Assembly: GCF_009914755.1 (NCBI RefSeq)
Contig: NC_060928.1
Length of the DNA: 64,000 nt
From: the human T2T-CHM13v2.0 reference genome, Homo sapiens
Direction: 5' to 3' (one strand)
In this document: positions 46,496 through 61,670 of the stretch, piece by piece
How positions within the stretch are numbered: the stretch's first letter is position 1
Layout of the letters: every line of letters begins with the position of its first letter
Made by a program: the position numbers and the translations under genes
The notes under the pieces: model-generated
What the model saw: only the letters and a program-made list of their open reading frames with translations
Told to the model about the DNA's origin: nothing
The model's database searches: none

Positions 46496-49400
46496 TAATA
46501 CATACTTTGGGTACTTTGATATTTTATGTACAGTATACAATATATAGTTTGAGTACTTTGATATTTTATGTGCAGTATAAAATATATAGTGTTGGTAGTT
46601 TGATGTTTTATGTACAGTATATATTTTGAGTACTTTGATATTTTATGTACAGTTTATTATAAATGTTTGGGTAGTTTCATATTTGACGTACAGTATATAA
46701 TACATAATTTGGGCACTTTGATATTTTATGTACAGTATATAATACATACTTTGGGTAATTTTATATTTTATGTACAGTATATATTACATACTTTGGGTTT
46801 TTTGATATTTAATGTACACTATATAATGCACACTTTGCGTACTGTGATATTTTATGTAAAGTATGTAATACATACTGTGGGTAGTTTGATATTTTATGTA
46901 CAGTATGTAATACACACTTTGGGTACTTTGATATTTTATGTACAGTATGTAAAACATACTTTGGGTAGTTTAATATTTTATGATGAGTATATAATACACA
47001 TTTTGGGTACTTTGATATTTTATGTACAGTGTATAATACATACTTTGGGTACTTTGATATTTTATGTACAGGATATAATGCATATTTTGGGTACTTTGAT
47101 AGTTTATGTACAGTATATAATACATACTTTGGGTACTTTGATATTTTATGTATAGTATAAAATATATAGTTCGGGTAGTTTGATATTTTATGTACAGTAT
47201 GTAAAACATACTTTGGGGAGTTTGATATTTTATGAACAGTATATAATACACATTTTGTGTACTTTGATATTTTATGTACAGTATATATTACATACTTTGG
47301 GTACTTTGATATTTTATGTACAGTATACAATATATACTTTGAGTACTTTGATATTTTATGTACTGTATAAAATATATAGTTTTGGTAGTTTGATGTTTTA
47401 TGTACAGTTTATATTTTGAGTACTTTGATATTTTATGTACAGTTTATTATAAATGTTTCGGTACTTTCATATTTTACGTACAGTATATAATACATACTTT
47501 GGGCACTTTGATGTTTTATGTACAGTATATAATACATACTTTGGGTTCTTTGATATTTTATGTACAGCATATAATACATAATTTGGAGACTTTTATATTT
47601 TATGTACATTATATTATACATACTTTGGGTACTTTTATTTTTTATATACGGTATATAATACATACTTTGGGTACTTTGATATATTATGTACAGTATATAA
47701 TACATACTTTGGGTACTTTGATATATTATGTACAGTATATAATACATACTAAGGGTACTTTGACATTTTATGTACAGTACATAATACATACTTTGGGTAC
47801 TTTGATATTTTATGTACAGTATATAATGCATACTTTGGATACTTTGATATTTTATGTACAGTATATAATACATACTTTGGGTACTTTGATATTTTATGTA
47901 CAGTATGTAATACATAATTTGGGTACTTTAATATTTTATGTATAGTATATAATACATACTTTGGGTACTTTGATATTTTATGGACAGTGTATAATACATA
48001 CTTTGGGTACTTTGATATTTTATGTACAGTATATAATATATAGTTTGGGTACTTTGACATTTTATATACAGTATATAATACATACTTTGGGTACTTTGAT
48101 ATTTTGTGTACAGTATATAATACATACTTTGGGTACTTTGATATTTTATGCACAGTATACAATATATAGTTTGAGTACTTTGATATTTTATGTACTGTAT
48201 AAAATATATAGTTTTGGTACTTTGATATTTTATGTACAGTATATAGTTTGAGTACTTTGATATTTTATGTACAGTTTGTTAAAAATGTTTGGGTGCTTTC
48301 ATATTTTATGTACAGTATATAATACATACTTTGGGCACTTTGATATCTTATGTACAGTATATAATACATATTTTGGGTACTCTGATATTTTATGTACAGT
48401 GTATAATACATAATTTGTGTACTTTGATATTTTATGTACAGTATATAATACATACGTTGGGTACTTTGATATATTATTTACAGTATATAATACATACTTT
48501 GGGTACTTTGATATTTTATGTACAGTATATAATCCATAGTTTGTGTACTTTGATATTTTATGTACAGTATATAATACATACTTTGGGTACTTTGATATTT
48601 TATGTACAGTATATAATACATACTTTGGGTACTTTCATGTTTTATGTACAGTATATAATATATAGTTTGGGTACTTTGATATTTTATGTACGGTATATAA
48701 TACATACTTTGGGTACTTTGATATTTTATGTACAGTATATAATACATAATTTGGGTACTTTGATATTTTATGTACAGTATACAATATATAGTTTGAGTAC
48801 TTTGATATTTTATGTGCAGTACAAAATATATAGTGTTGGTAGTTTGATGTTTTATGTACAGTATATATTTTGAGTACTTTGATATTTTATGTACGGTATA
48901 TAATACATACTTTGGGAACTTTGATATTTTATGTACAGTATGTAAAACGTACTTTGGGTACTTTGATATTTTATGTACAGGATATAATGCATACTTTGGG
49001 TACTTTGATAGTTTATGTACAGTATATAATACATACTTTGGGTACTTTGATATTTTATGTATAGTATAAAATATATAGTTTGGGTACTTTGATATTTTAT
49101 GTACAGTATGTAAAAGATACTTTGGGGAGTTTGATATTATATGTACAGTATGTAAAACATACTTTGGGGAGTTTGATATTTTATGAACAGTATATAATAC
49201 ACATTTTGTGTACTTTGATATTTTATGTACAGTATATAATACAAACTTTGGGTTCTTTGATATTTTATGTACAGAATATAATGCATAGTTTTAGGTACTT
49301 TTATATTTTATGTACAGTATGTAATACATACTTTGGCTACTTTGATATTTTATGTACAGTATATAATACACACTTTGGGGACTTTGATATTTTATGTACA

Positions 49401-51619
49401 GTATATAATACACACTTTGGGTACTTTGATATTTTATGTACAGTATATAATACATACTTGGGTACTGTGATATTTTTTGTACAGTATATAATACATACTT
49501 TGGGTACTTTGATATTTTATGTACAGTATATAATACATACTATTGGTACTTTGATATTTTATGTACAGTATACAATATATAGTTTGAGTACTTTGATATT
49601 TTATGTCCAGTATAAAATATATAGATTTCATACTTTGATATTTTTGTACTGAATGTAGTTTGAGTACTTTGATATTTTATGTACACTTTATTATAAAAGT
49701 TTGGGTACTTTGATATTTTACATACAGTATATAATACATACTTTGGGCACTTTGATGTTTTATGTACAGTATATAATACATACTTTGGGTTCTTTGATAT
49801 TTTATGTACAGCATATAATACATAATTTGGGGACTTTTATATTTTATGTACATTATATTATACATACTTTGGGTACTTTTATATTTTATGTACGGTATAT
49901 AATACACACTTTGGGCACTTTGATATTTTATGTACAGTATATAATACATACTTTGGGTACTTTGATATTTTATGTACAGTATATAATACATACTTTGGGA
50001 ACTTTGATATTTTATGTACAGTATGTAAAACATACTTTGGGTACTTTGATATTTTATGTACAGTATATAATACATACTATTGGTACTTTGATATTTTATG
50101 TCCAGTATAAAATATATAGATTTCGTACTTTGATATTTTATGTACAGAATATAGTTTGAGTACTTTGATATTTTATGTACAATTTATTATAAAAGTTTGG
50201 GTACTTTCATATTTTACGTACAGTATATAATACATACTTTGGGCACTTTGATGTTTTATGTACAGTATATAATACATACTTTAGGTTCTTTTATATTTTA
50301 TGTACAGCATATACTACAAAATTTGGGGACTTTTATATTTTATGTACATTATATAATACATACTTTGGGTACTTTTATATTTTATGTACGGTATATAATA
50401 GATACTTTGGGTACTTTGATATATTATGTACAGTATATAATACATACTTTGGGTAATTTGATATATTATGTACAGTATATAATACATACTTAGGGTACTT
50501 TGACATTTTATGTACAGTATATAATACATACTTTGGGTACTTTGATATTTTATGAACAGTATATAATACATACTTTGGGTACTTTGATATTTTATGTAAT
50601 GTATATAATACATACTTTGGGTACTTTTATATTTTATGTACAGTATATAATATATAGTTTGGGTACTTTGATATTTTATGTACGGTATATAATACATACT
50701 TTGGGTACTTTGATATTTTATGTATAGTATATAATACATACTTTGGGTACTTTGATATTGTATGTACAGTATACAATATATAGTTTGAGTACTTTGATAT
50801 TTTATGTACTGTATAAAATATATAGTTTTGGTACTTTGATATTTTATGTATAGTATATAGTTTGAGTACTTTTATATTTTATGTACAGTTTTTTATAAAT
50901 ATTTGGGTGCTTTCATATTTTATGTACAGTATATAATACATACTAAGCGCACTTTGATATTTTATGTACAGTATATAATACATACTTTGGTTACTCTGAT
51001 ATTTTATGTACAGTGTATAATACATACTTTGGGTACTTTGATATTTTATGTAAAATATATAATACATACGTTGGGAAATTTGATATATTATGTACAGTAT
51101 ATAATTCATACTTTGGGTACTTTGATATTTTATGTACAGTATATAATACATAGTTTGTGTACTTTGATATTTTATGTACACTATATAATACATACTGTGG
51201 GTACTTTGATATTTTATATACAGTATATAATACATACTTTGGGTACTTTCATATTTTATGTACAGTATATAATATATAGTTTGGGTACTTTGATATTTTA
51301 TCTACAGCTTATAATACATACTTTGGGTACTTTGATATTTTATGTACAGTATATAATACATACTTTGGGTAGTTTGATATTTTATGTACAGTATACGATA
51401 TATAGTTTGAGTACTTTGATATTTTATGTGCACTATAAAATATATAGTTTTGGTACTTTGATATTTTATGTACAGTTTATAGTTTGAGTACTTTGATATT
51501 TTATGTACAGTTTATTATAAATGTTTGGGTACTTTCATATTTGATGTACAGTATATAATACATAATTTGGGCACTTTGATATTTTATGTACAGTATATAA
51601 TACATACTTTGGGTACTTT

Positions 51620-54600
51620 TCTATTTTATGTACAGTATATAATACATACTTTGGGTACTTTGATATTTAATGTACAGTATATAATATACACTTTCCGTAC
51701 TTTGATATTTTATGTAAAGCATGTAATACATACTTTGGGCAGTTTGATATTTTATGTACAGTATGTAATACACACTTTGGGTACTTTGATATTTTATGTA
51801 CAGTATGTAAAACATACTTTGGGTAGTTTGATATATTATGTACAGTATATAATACATACTTTGGGTACTCTGATATTTTATGTACAGTGTATAATACATA
51901 CTTTGGGTACTTTGATATTTTATGTACAGTATATAATATATAGTTTGTGTACTTTGATATATTATGTACAGTATATAATACTTACTTGGGGTACTTTGAT
52001 ATTTTATGTACAGTATATAATACATACTTTGTGTACTTTGATATTTTATATACAGTATATAATACATACTTTGGGTACTTTGATATTTTATGTACAGTAT
52101 ATAATACATACTTTGGGTATCTTGATATTTTATGTACAGTATATAATGCATACTTTGGGTACTTTGATATTTTATGTACAGTATATAATGCATACTTTGA
52201 GTACTTTGATATTTTATGTACAGTATGTAATACATACTTTGGGTACTTTGATATTTTATGTATAGTATATAATACATACTTTGTGTAGTTTGATATTTTA
52301 TGTACAGTATACAATATATAGTTTGAGTACTTTGATATTTTATGTCCAGTATAAAATGTATAGTTTTCCTAATTGATATTTTATGTACAGAATATAGTTT
52401 GAGTACTTTGATATTTTATGTACACTTTATTATAAATGTTTGGGTACTTTCATATTTTATGTACAGTATATAATACATACTTTGGTCTCTTTGATGTTTT
52501 ATGTACAGTATATAATACATACTTTGGGTTCTTTGATATTTTATGTGCAGAATATAATGCATAGTTTTAGGTACTTTTATATTTTATGTACAGTATATAA
52601 TACATACTTTGGGTACTTTTTTATTTTATGTACAGTATATAATACATACTTTGGGAACTTTGATATTTTATGTACAGTATGTAATACATACTTTGGGTAC
52701 TTTGATATTTTATGTACAGTATACAATATATAGTTTGAGTACTTTGATATTTTATGTCCAGTATAAAATACATAGATTTCATACTTTGATATTTTATGTA
52801 CAGAATATAGTTTGAGTACTTTGATATTTTATGTACACTTTATCATAAAAGTTTGGGTACTTTCATATTTTACGTACAGTATATAATACATACTTTGGGC
52901 ACTTTGATGTTTTACGTACAGTATATAATACATACTTTGGGTCCTTTGATATGTTATGTACAGCATATAGTACATAATTTGGGGACTTTTATATTTTATG
53001 TACATTATATAATACATACTTTGGGTACTTTTATATTTTATGTACGGTATATAATACATACTTTGGGTACTTTGATATATTATGTACAGTATATAATACA
53101 TACTTTGGGTACTTTGATATATTATGTACAGTGTATAATACATACTTAGGGTACTTTGACATTTTATGTACAGTACATAATACATACTTTGGGTACTTTG
53201 ATATTTTATGTACAGTATATAATACATACTTTGGGTACTTTGATATTTTATGTACAGTATATAATACATGTTTTGGGTACTTTTACATTTTATGTACAGT
53301 ATATAATATATAGTTTGGGTACTTTGATATTTTATGTACGGTATATAATACATACTTTGGGTACTTTGATATTTTATGTACAGTATATAATACATACTTT
53401 GGGTACTTTGATATTTTATGTACAGTATATAATACATACTTTGGGTACTTTGATATTTAATGTACAGTATATAATACACACTTTGCGTACTTTGATATTT
53501 TATGTAAAGTATGTAATACATACTTTGGGTACTTTGATATTTTATCTACAGTATGTAATACACGCTTTGGGTACTTTGATATTTTATGTAGAGTATGTAA
53601 AACATACTTTGGGTAGTTTGGTATTTTATGATCAGTATATAATACATATTTTGGGTACTTTGATGTTTTATGTACAGTATATAATACATACTTTAGGTTC
53701 TTTTATATTTTATGTACAGCATATACTACAAAATTTGGGGACTTTTATATTTTATGTACATTATATAATACATACTTTGGGTACTTTTATATTTTATGTA
53801 CGGTATATAATACATACTTTGGGTACTTTGATAGTTTATGTACAGTATATAATACATACTTTGGGTAATTTGGTATATTATGTACAGTATATAATACATA
53901 CTTAGGGTACTTTGACATTTTATGTACAGTATATAATACATACTTTGGGTACTTTGATATTTTATCTACAGTATATAATAGATACTTTGGGTACTTTGAT
54001 ATATTATGTACAGTATATAATACATAGTTTGGTTACTTTGATATTTTTTGTACAGTATGTAAAACATACTTTGGGGAGTTTGATATTTTATGAACAGTAT
54101 ATAATACACATTTTGGGTACTTTGATATTTTATGTACGGTATATAATACATACTTTGCGTACTTTGATATTTTATGTACAGTATATAATTCATACTTTGG
54201 GTACTTTGACATTTTATGTACAGTATATAATACATACTTTGGGTACTTTGATATTTTATGAACAGTATATAATACATACTTTGGGTACTTTGATATTTTA
54301 TGTACTGTATATAATACACACTTTGGGTACTTTTATATTTTATGTACAGTATATAATATATAGTTTGGGTACTTTGATATTTTATGTACGGTATATAATA
54401 CATACTTTGGGTACTTTGATATTTTATGTATAGTATATAATACATACTAAGCGCACTTTGATATTTTATGTACAGTATATAATAAATACTTTGGTTACTC
54501 TGATATTTTATGTACAGTGTATAATACATACTTTGGGTACTTTGATATTTTATGTATAGTATATAGTTTGAGTACTTTGATATTTTATGTACAGTTTTTT

Positions 54601-57600
54601 ATAAATATTTGGGTGCTTTCATATTTTATGTACAGTATATAATACATACTAAGCGCACTTTGATATTTTATGTACAGTATATAATAGATACTTTGGTTAC
54701 TCTTATATTTTATGTACAGTGTATAATACATATTTTGGGTACTTTGATATTTTATGTACAATATATAATACATACGTTGGGAACTTTGATATATTATGTA
54801 CATTATATAATTCATACTTTGGGTACTTTGATATTTTATGTACAGTATATAATACATACTATGGGTACTTTTCTATTTTATGTACAGTATATAATACATA
54901 CTTTGTTTACTTTGATATTTAATGTACAGTATATAATACACGGTTTGCGTACTTTGATATTTTATGTAAAGCATGTAATACATAATTTGGGCAGTTTGAT
55001 ATTTTATGTACAGTATGTAATACACACTTTGGGTACTTTGATATTTTATGTACAGTATGTAAAACATACTTTGGGTAGTTTGATATATTATGTACAGTAT
55101 ATAATGCATACTTTGGGTACTCTGATATTTTATGTACAGAGTATAATACGTACTTTGGGTACTTTGATATTTTATGTACAGTATATAATACATACATTGG
55201 GTACTTTGATATATTATGTACAGTATATAATACTTACTTGGGGTACTTTGATATTTTATGTACAGTATATAATACATACTTTGTGTACTTTGATATTTTA
55301 TGTACAGTATATAATACATACTTTGGGTACTTTGATATTTTATGTACAGTATATAATATATACTTTGGGTATCTTGATATTTTATGTACTGTATATAATG
55401 CATAATTTGGGTACTTTGATATTTTATGTACAGTATATAATGCATACATTGAGTACTTTTATATTTTATGTACAGTATGTAATACATACTTTGGGTACTT
55501 TGATATTTTATGTATAGTATATAATACATACTTTGTGTAGTTTGATATTTTATGTACAGTATACAATATATAGTTTGAGTACTTTGATATTTTATGTCCA
55601 GTATAAAATGTATAGTTTTCCTAATTGATATTTTATGTACAGAATATAGTTTGAGTACTTTGATATTTTATGTACACTTTATTATAAATGTTTGGGTACT
55701 TTCATATTTTATGTACAGTATATAATACATACTTTGGTCTCTTTGATGTTTTATGTACAGTATATAATACATACTTTGGGTTCTTTGATATTTTATATGC
55801 AGAATATAATGCATAGTTTTAGGTACTTTTATATTTTATGTACAGTATATAATACATACTTTGGGTACTTTTTTATTTTATGTACAGTATATAATACATA
55901 CTTTGGGAACTTTGATATTTTATGTACAGTATTTAATACATACTTTGGGTACTTTGATATTTTATGTACAGTATACAATATATAGTTTGAGTACTTTGAT
56001 ATTTTATGTCCAGTATAAAATACATAGATTTCATACTTTGATATTTTATGTACAGAATATAGTTTGACTACTTTGATATTTTATGTACACTTTATCATAA
56101 AAGTTTGGGTACTTTCATATTTTACGTACAGTATATAATACATACTTTGGGCACTTTGATGTTTTATGTACAGTATATAATACATACTTTGGGTTCTTTG
56201 ATATCTTATGTACAGCATATAATACATAATTTGGGGACTTTTATATTTTATGTACATTATATAATACATACTTTGGGTACTTTTATATTTTATGTACGGT
56301 ATATAATATATACTTTGGGTACTTTGATATATTATGTACAGTATATAATACATACTTTGGGTACTTTGATATATTATGTACAGTATATAATACATACTTA
56401 GGGTACTTTGACATTTTATGTACAGTACATAATACATACTTTGGGTACTTTGATATTTTATGTACAGTATATAATACATACTTTGGGTACTTTGATATTT
56501 TATGTACAGTATATAATACATGTTTTGGGTACTTTTATATTTTATGTACAGTATATAATATATAGTTTGGGTACTTTGATATTTTATGTACGGTATATAA
56601 TACATACTTTGGGTACTTTGATATTTTATGTTCAGTATATAATACATACTTTGGGTACTTTGATATTTTATGTACAGTATATAATACATACTTTGGGTAC
56701 TTTGATATTTAATGTACAGTATATAATACACACTTTGCGTACTTTGATATTTTATGTAAAGTATGTAATACACACTTTGGGTACTTTGATATTTTATGTA
56801 GAGTATGTAAAACATACTTTGGGTAGTTTGGTATTTTATGATCAGTATATAATACATATTTTGGGTACTTTGATATTTTATGTACAGTATATAATACATA
56901 CTTTGGGTACTTTGATATTTTATGTACAGTATATAATGCATAATTTGGGTACTTCAATAGTTTATGCACAGTATATAATACATACTTTGGGTAATTTGAT
57001 ATTTTATGTACAGTATATAATGCATACTTTGGGTACTTTGATAGTTTATGTACAGTATACAATACATACTTTGGGTACTTTGATATTTTATGTACAGTAT
57101 ATAATATGTAGTTTGGGTACTTTGATATTTTAACTACAGTATATAATACATACTTTGGGTACTTGGATATTTTATCTACAGTATATAATAGATACTTTGG
57201 GTACTTTGATATATTATGTACAGTATATAATACATAGTTTGGTTACTTTGATATTTTTTGTACAGTATGTAAAACATACTTTGGGGAGTTTGATATTTTA
57301 TGAACAGTATATAATACACATTTTGGGTACTTTGATATTTTATGTACGGTATATAATACATACTTTGGGTACTTTGATATTTTATGTACAGTATATAATT
57401 CATACTTTGGGTACTTTGATATTTTATGTACAGTATATAATACATACATTGGGTACTTCGATATTTTATGTGCAGTACCCTATATATAGTTTGGGTACTT
57501 TGATATTTTATGTCCAGTATAAAATAAATAGTTTTGGTACTTTGATATTTTATATACAGTATATAGTTTGAGTACTTTGATATTTAATGTTCAGTTTATT

Positions 57601-60600
57601 ATAAATGTTTGGGTGCTTTCATATTTTATATACAGTATATAATACATACTTTGGGCACTTTGATATTTTCTGTACAGTATATAATACATACTTTGGGTAC
57701 TTTGATATTTTATGTACGGTATATAATACATACATTGGGTACTTTGATATTTTATGTACAGTATATAATATATAGTTTGGTTACTTTGATATTTTATAGA
57801 CAGTATATAATATATATTATGTGTACTTTGATATATTATGTACAGTATATAATATATAGTATGGGTTGTTTGATATTTTATGTACAGTATATAATATATA
57901 GTTTGGGTAGTTTGATATTTTTAGTACAGTATGTAATATATAGTTTGTTTTATTTGATATTTTATGTACAGTATACAACATATAGTATTGGTACTTTGAT
58001 ATTTCATGTAAAGTATATAGTTTGAGTACTTTGATATTTTATATGCAGTTTATTATAAATGTTTGGGTACCTTCATATTTTATGTACAGTATATAATACA
58101 TACTTTGGGAACTTTTATTTTATGTGCAGTATATAATACATACTTTGGGTACTTTGATATTTCATGTACAGTATATAATACACACTTTGGGTACTTTGAT
58201 ATTTTATGTACAGTATATAATACACACTTTGGGTACTTTGATATTTTATGTACAGTATATAATACATACTTTGGGTACTTTGATGTATTATGTACAGTAT
58301 ATAATACATACTTTGGGTACTTTGATATTTTATGTACAGTATATAATACATACTTTGGGTACTTTGATATTTTATGTACAGTATGTAATACACACTTTGG
58401 GTACTTTGATATTTTATGTACAGTATGTAAAACATACTTTGGGTAGTTTGATATATTATGTACAGTATATAATACATACTTTGGGTACTCTGATATTTTA
58501 TGTATAGTGTATAATACATACTTTGGGTACTTTGATATTTTATGTACAGTATATAATATATACATTGGGTACTTTGATATATTATGTACAGTATATAATA
58601 CTTACTTGGGGTATCTTGATATTTTATGTACAGTATATAATGCATACTTTGGGTACTTTGATATTTTATGTACAGTATATAATGCATACTTTGAGTACTT
58701 TGATATTTTATGTACAGTATGTAATACATACTTTGGGTACTTTGATATTTTATGTATAGTATATAATACATACTTTGTGTAGTTTGATATTTTATGTACA
58801 GTATACAATATATAGTTTGAGTACTTTGATATTTTATGTCCAGTATAAAATATATAGTTTTCCTAATTGATATTTTATGTACAGAATATAGTTTGAGTAC
58901 TTTGATATTTTATGTACACTTTATTATAAATGTTTGGGTACTTTCATATTTTATGTACAGTATATAATACATACTTTGGTCTCTTTGATGTTTTATGTAC
59001 AGTATATAATACATACTTTGGGTTCTTTGATATTTTATGTGCAGAATATAATGCATAGTTTTAGGTACTTTTATATTTTATGTACAGTATATAATACATA
59101 CTTTGGGTACTTTGATATTTTATGTACAGTATATAATACATACTTTGGGTACTTTGATATTTTATGTACAGTATATAATACATATTATTGGTACTTTGAT
59201 ATTTTATGTACAGTATACAATATATAGTTTGAGTACTTTGATATTTTATGTCCAGTATAAAATACGTAGATTTCATACTTTGATATTTTATGTACAGAAT
59301 ATAGTTTGAGTACTTTGATATTTTATGTACACTTTATCATAAAAATTTGGGTACTTTCATATTTTACGTACAGTATATAATACATACTTTGGGCACTTTG
59401 ATGTTTTATGTACAGTATATAATACATACTTTGGGTTCTTTGATATGTTATGTACAGCATATACTACATAATTTGGGGACTTTTATATTTTATGTACATT
59501 ATATAATACATACTTTGGGTACTTTTATATTTTATGTACGGTATATAATACATACTTTGGGTACTTTGATATATTATGTACAGTATATAATACATACTTT
59601 GGGTACTTTGATATATTATGTACAGTATATAATACATACTTAGGGTTCTTTGACATTTTATGTACAGTACATAATACATACTTTGGGTACTTTGATATTT
59701 TATGTACAGTATATAATACATACTTTGGGTACTTTGATATTTTATGTACAGTATATAATTCATGTTTTGGGTACTTTTACATTTTATGTACAGTATATAA
59801 TATATAGTTTGGGTACTTTGATATTTTATGTACGGTATATAATACATACTTTGGGTACTTTGATATTTTATGTACAGTATATAATACATACTTTGGGTAC
59901 TTTGATAATTTATGTACAGTATATAATACATACTTTTGGTACTTTGATATTTAATGTACAGTATATAATACACACTTTGCATACTTTGATATTTTATGTA
60001 AAGTATGTAATACATACTTTGGGTACTTTGATATTTTATGTACAGTATGTAATACACGCTTTGGGTACTTTGATATTTTATGTAGAGTATGTAAAACATA
60101 CTTTGGGTAGTTTGTTATTTTATGATCAGTATATAATACATATTTTGGGTACTTTGATATTTTATGTACAGTATATAATACATACTTTGGGTACTTTGAT
60201 ATTTTATGTACAGTATATAATGTATAATTTGGGTACTTCAATAGTTTATGCACAGTATATAATACATACTTTGTGTAATTTGATATTTTATGTACAGTAT
60301 ATAATGCATACTTTGGGTACTTTGATAGTTTATGTACAGTATACAATACATACTTTGGGTACTTTGATATTTTATGTACAGTATATAATATGTAGTTTGG
60401 GTACTTTGATATTTTAACTACAGTATATAATACATACTTTGGGTACTTTGATATTTTATCTACAGTATATAATAGATACTTTGGGTACTTTGATATATTA
60501 TGTACAGTATATAATACATAGTTTGGTTACTTTGATATTTTTTGTACAGTATGTAAAACATACTTTGGGGAGTTTGCTATTTTATGAACAGTATATAATA

Positions 60601-61670
60601 CACATTTTGGGTACTTTGATATTTTATGTACGGTATATAATACATACTTTGGGTACTTTGATATTTTATGTACAGTATATAATTCATACTTTGGGTACTT
60701 TGATATTTTATGTACAGTATATAATACATACATTGGGTACTTCGATATTTTATGTGCAGTACCCTATATATAGTTTGGGTACTTTGATATTTTATGTCCA
60801 GTATAAAATAAATAGTTTTGGTACTTTGATATTTTATGTACAGTATATAGTTTGAGTACTTTGATATTTAATGTTCAGTTTATTATAAATGTTTGGGTGC
60901 TTTCATATTTTATATACAGTATATAATACATACTTTGGGCACTTTGATATTTTCTGTACAGTATATAATACATACTTTGGGTACTTTGATATTTTATGTA
61001 CGGTATATAATACATACATTGGGTACTTTGATATTTTATGTAAAGTATATAATATATAGTTTGGTTACTTTGATATTTTATATACAGTATATAATATATA
61101 TTATGTGTACTTTGATATATTATGTACAGTATATAATATATAGTATGGGTTGTTTGATATTTTATGTACAGTATATAATATATAGTTTGGGTAGTTTGAT
61201 ATTTTTAGTACAGTATGTAATATATAGTTTGTTTTATTTGATATTTTATGTACAGTATACAATATATAGTATTGGTACTTTGATATTTCATGTAAAGTAT
61301 ATAGTTTGAGTACTTTGATATTTTATATGCAGTTTATTATAAATGTTTGGGTACCTTCATATTTTATGTACAGTATATAATACATACTTTGGGAACTTTT
61401 ATTTTATGTGCAGTATATAATACATACTTTGGGTACTTTGATATTTCATGTACAGTATATAATACACACTTTGGGTACTTTGATATTTTATGTACAGTAT
61501 ATAATACACCCTTTGGGTAGTTTGATATTTTATGTACAGTATATAATACATACTTTGGGTACTTTGATGTATTATGTACAGTATATAATACATACTTTGG
61601 GTACTTTGATATTTTATGTACAGTATATAATACATACTTTGGGTACTTTGATATTTTATGTACAGTATGT
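51620..61670 (+). repeat. Region with ~3.25-kb nested periodicity
   Basis: ORF offsets are 3,252 (51621/54873, 52440/55692, 52853/56105), 3,242 (55692/58934, 56105/59347) and 3,284 (57155/60439, 58115/61399). Confidence 0.75.
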
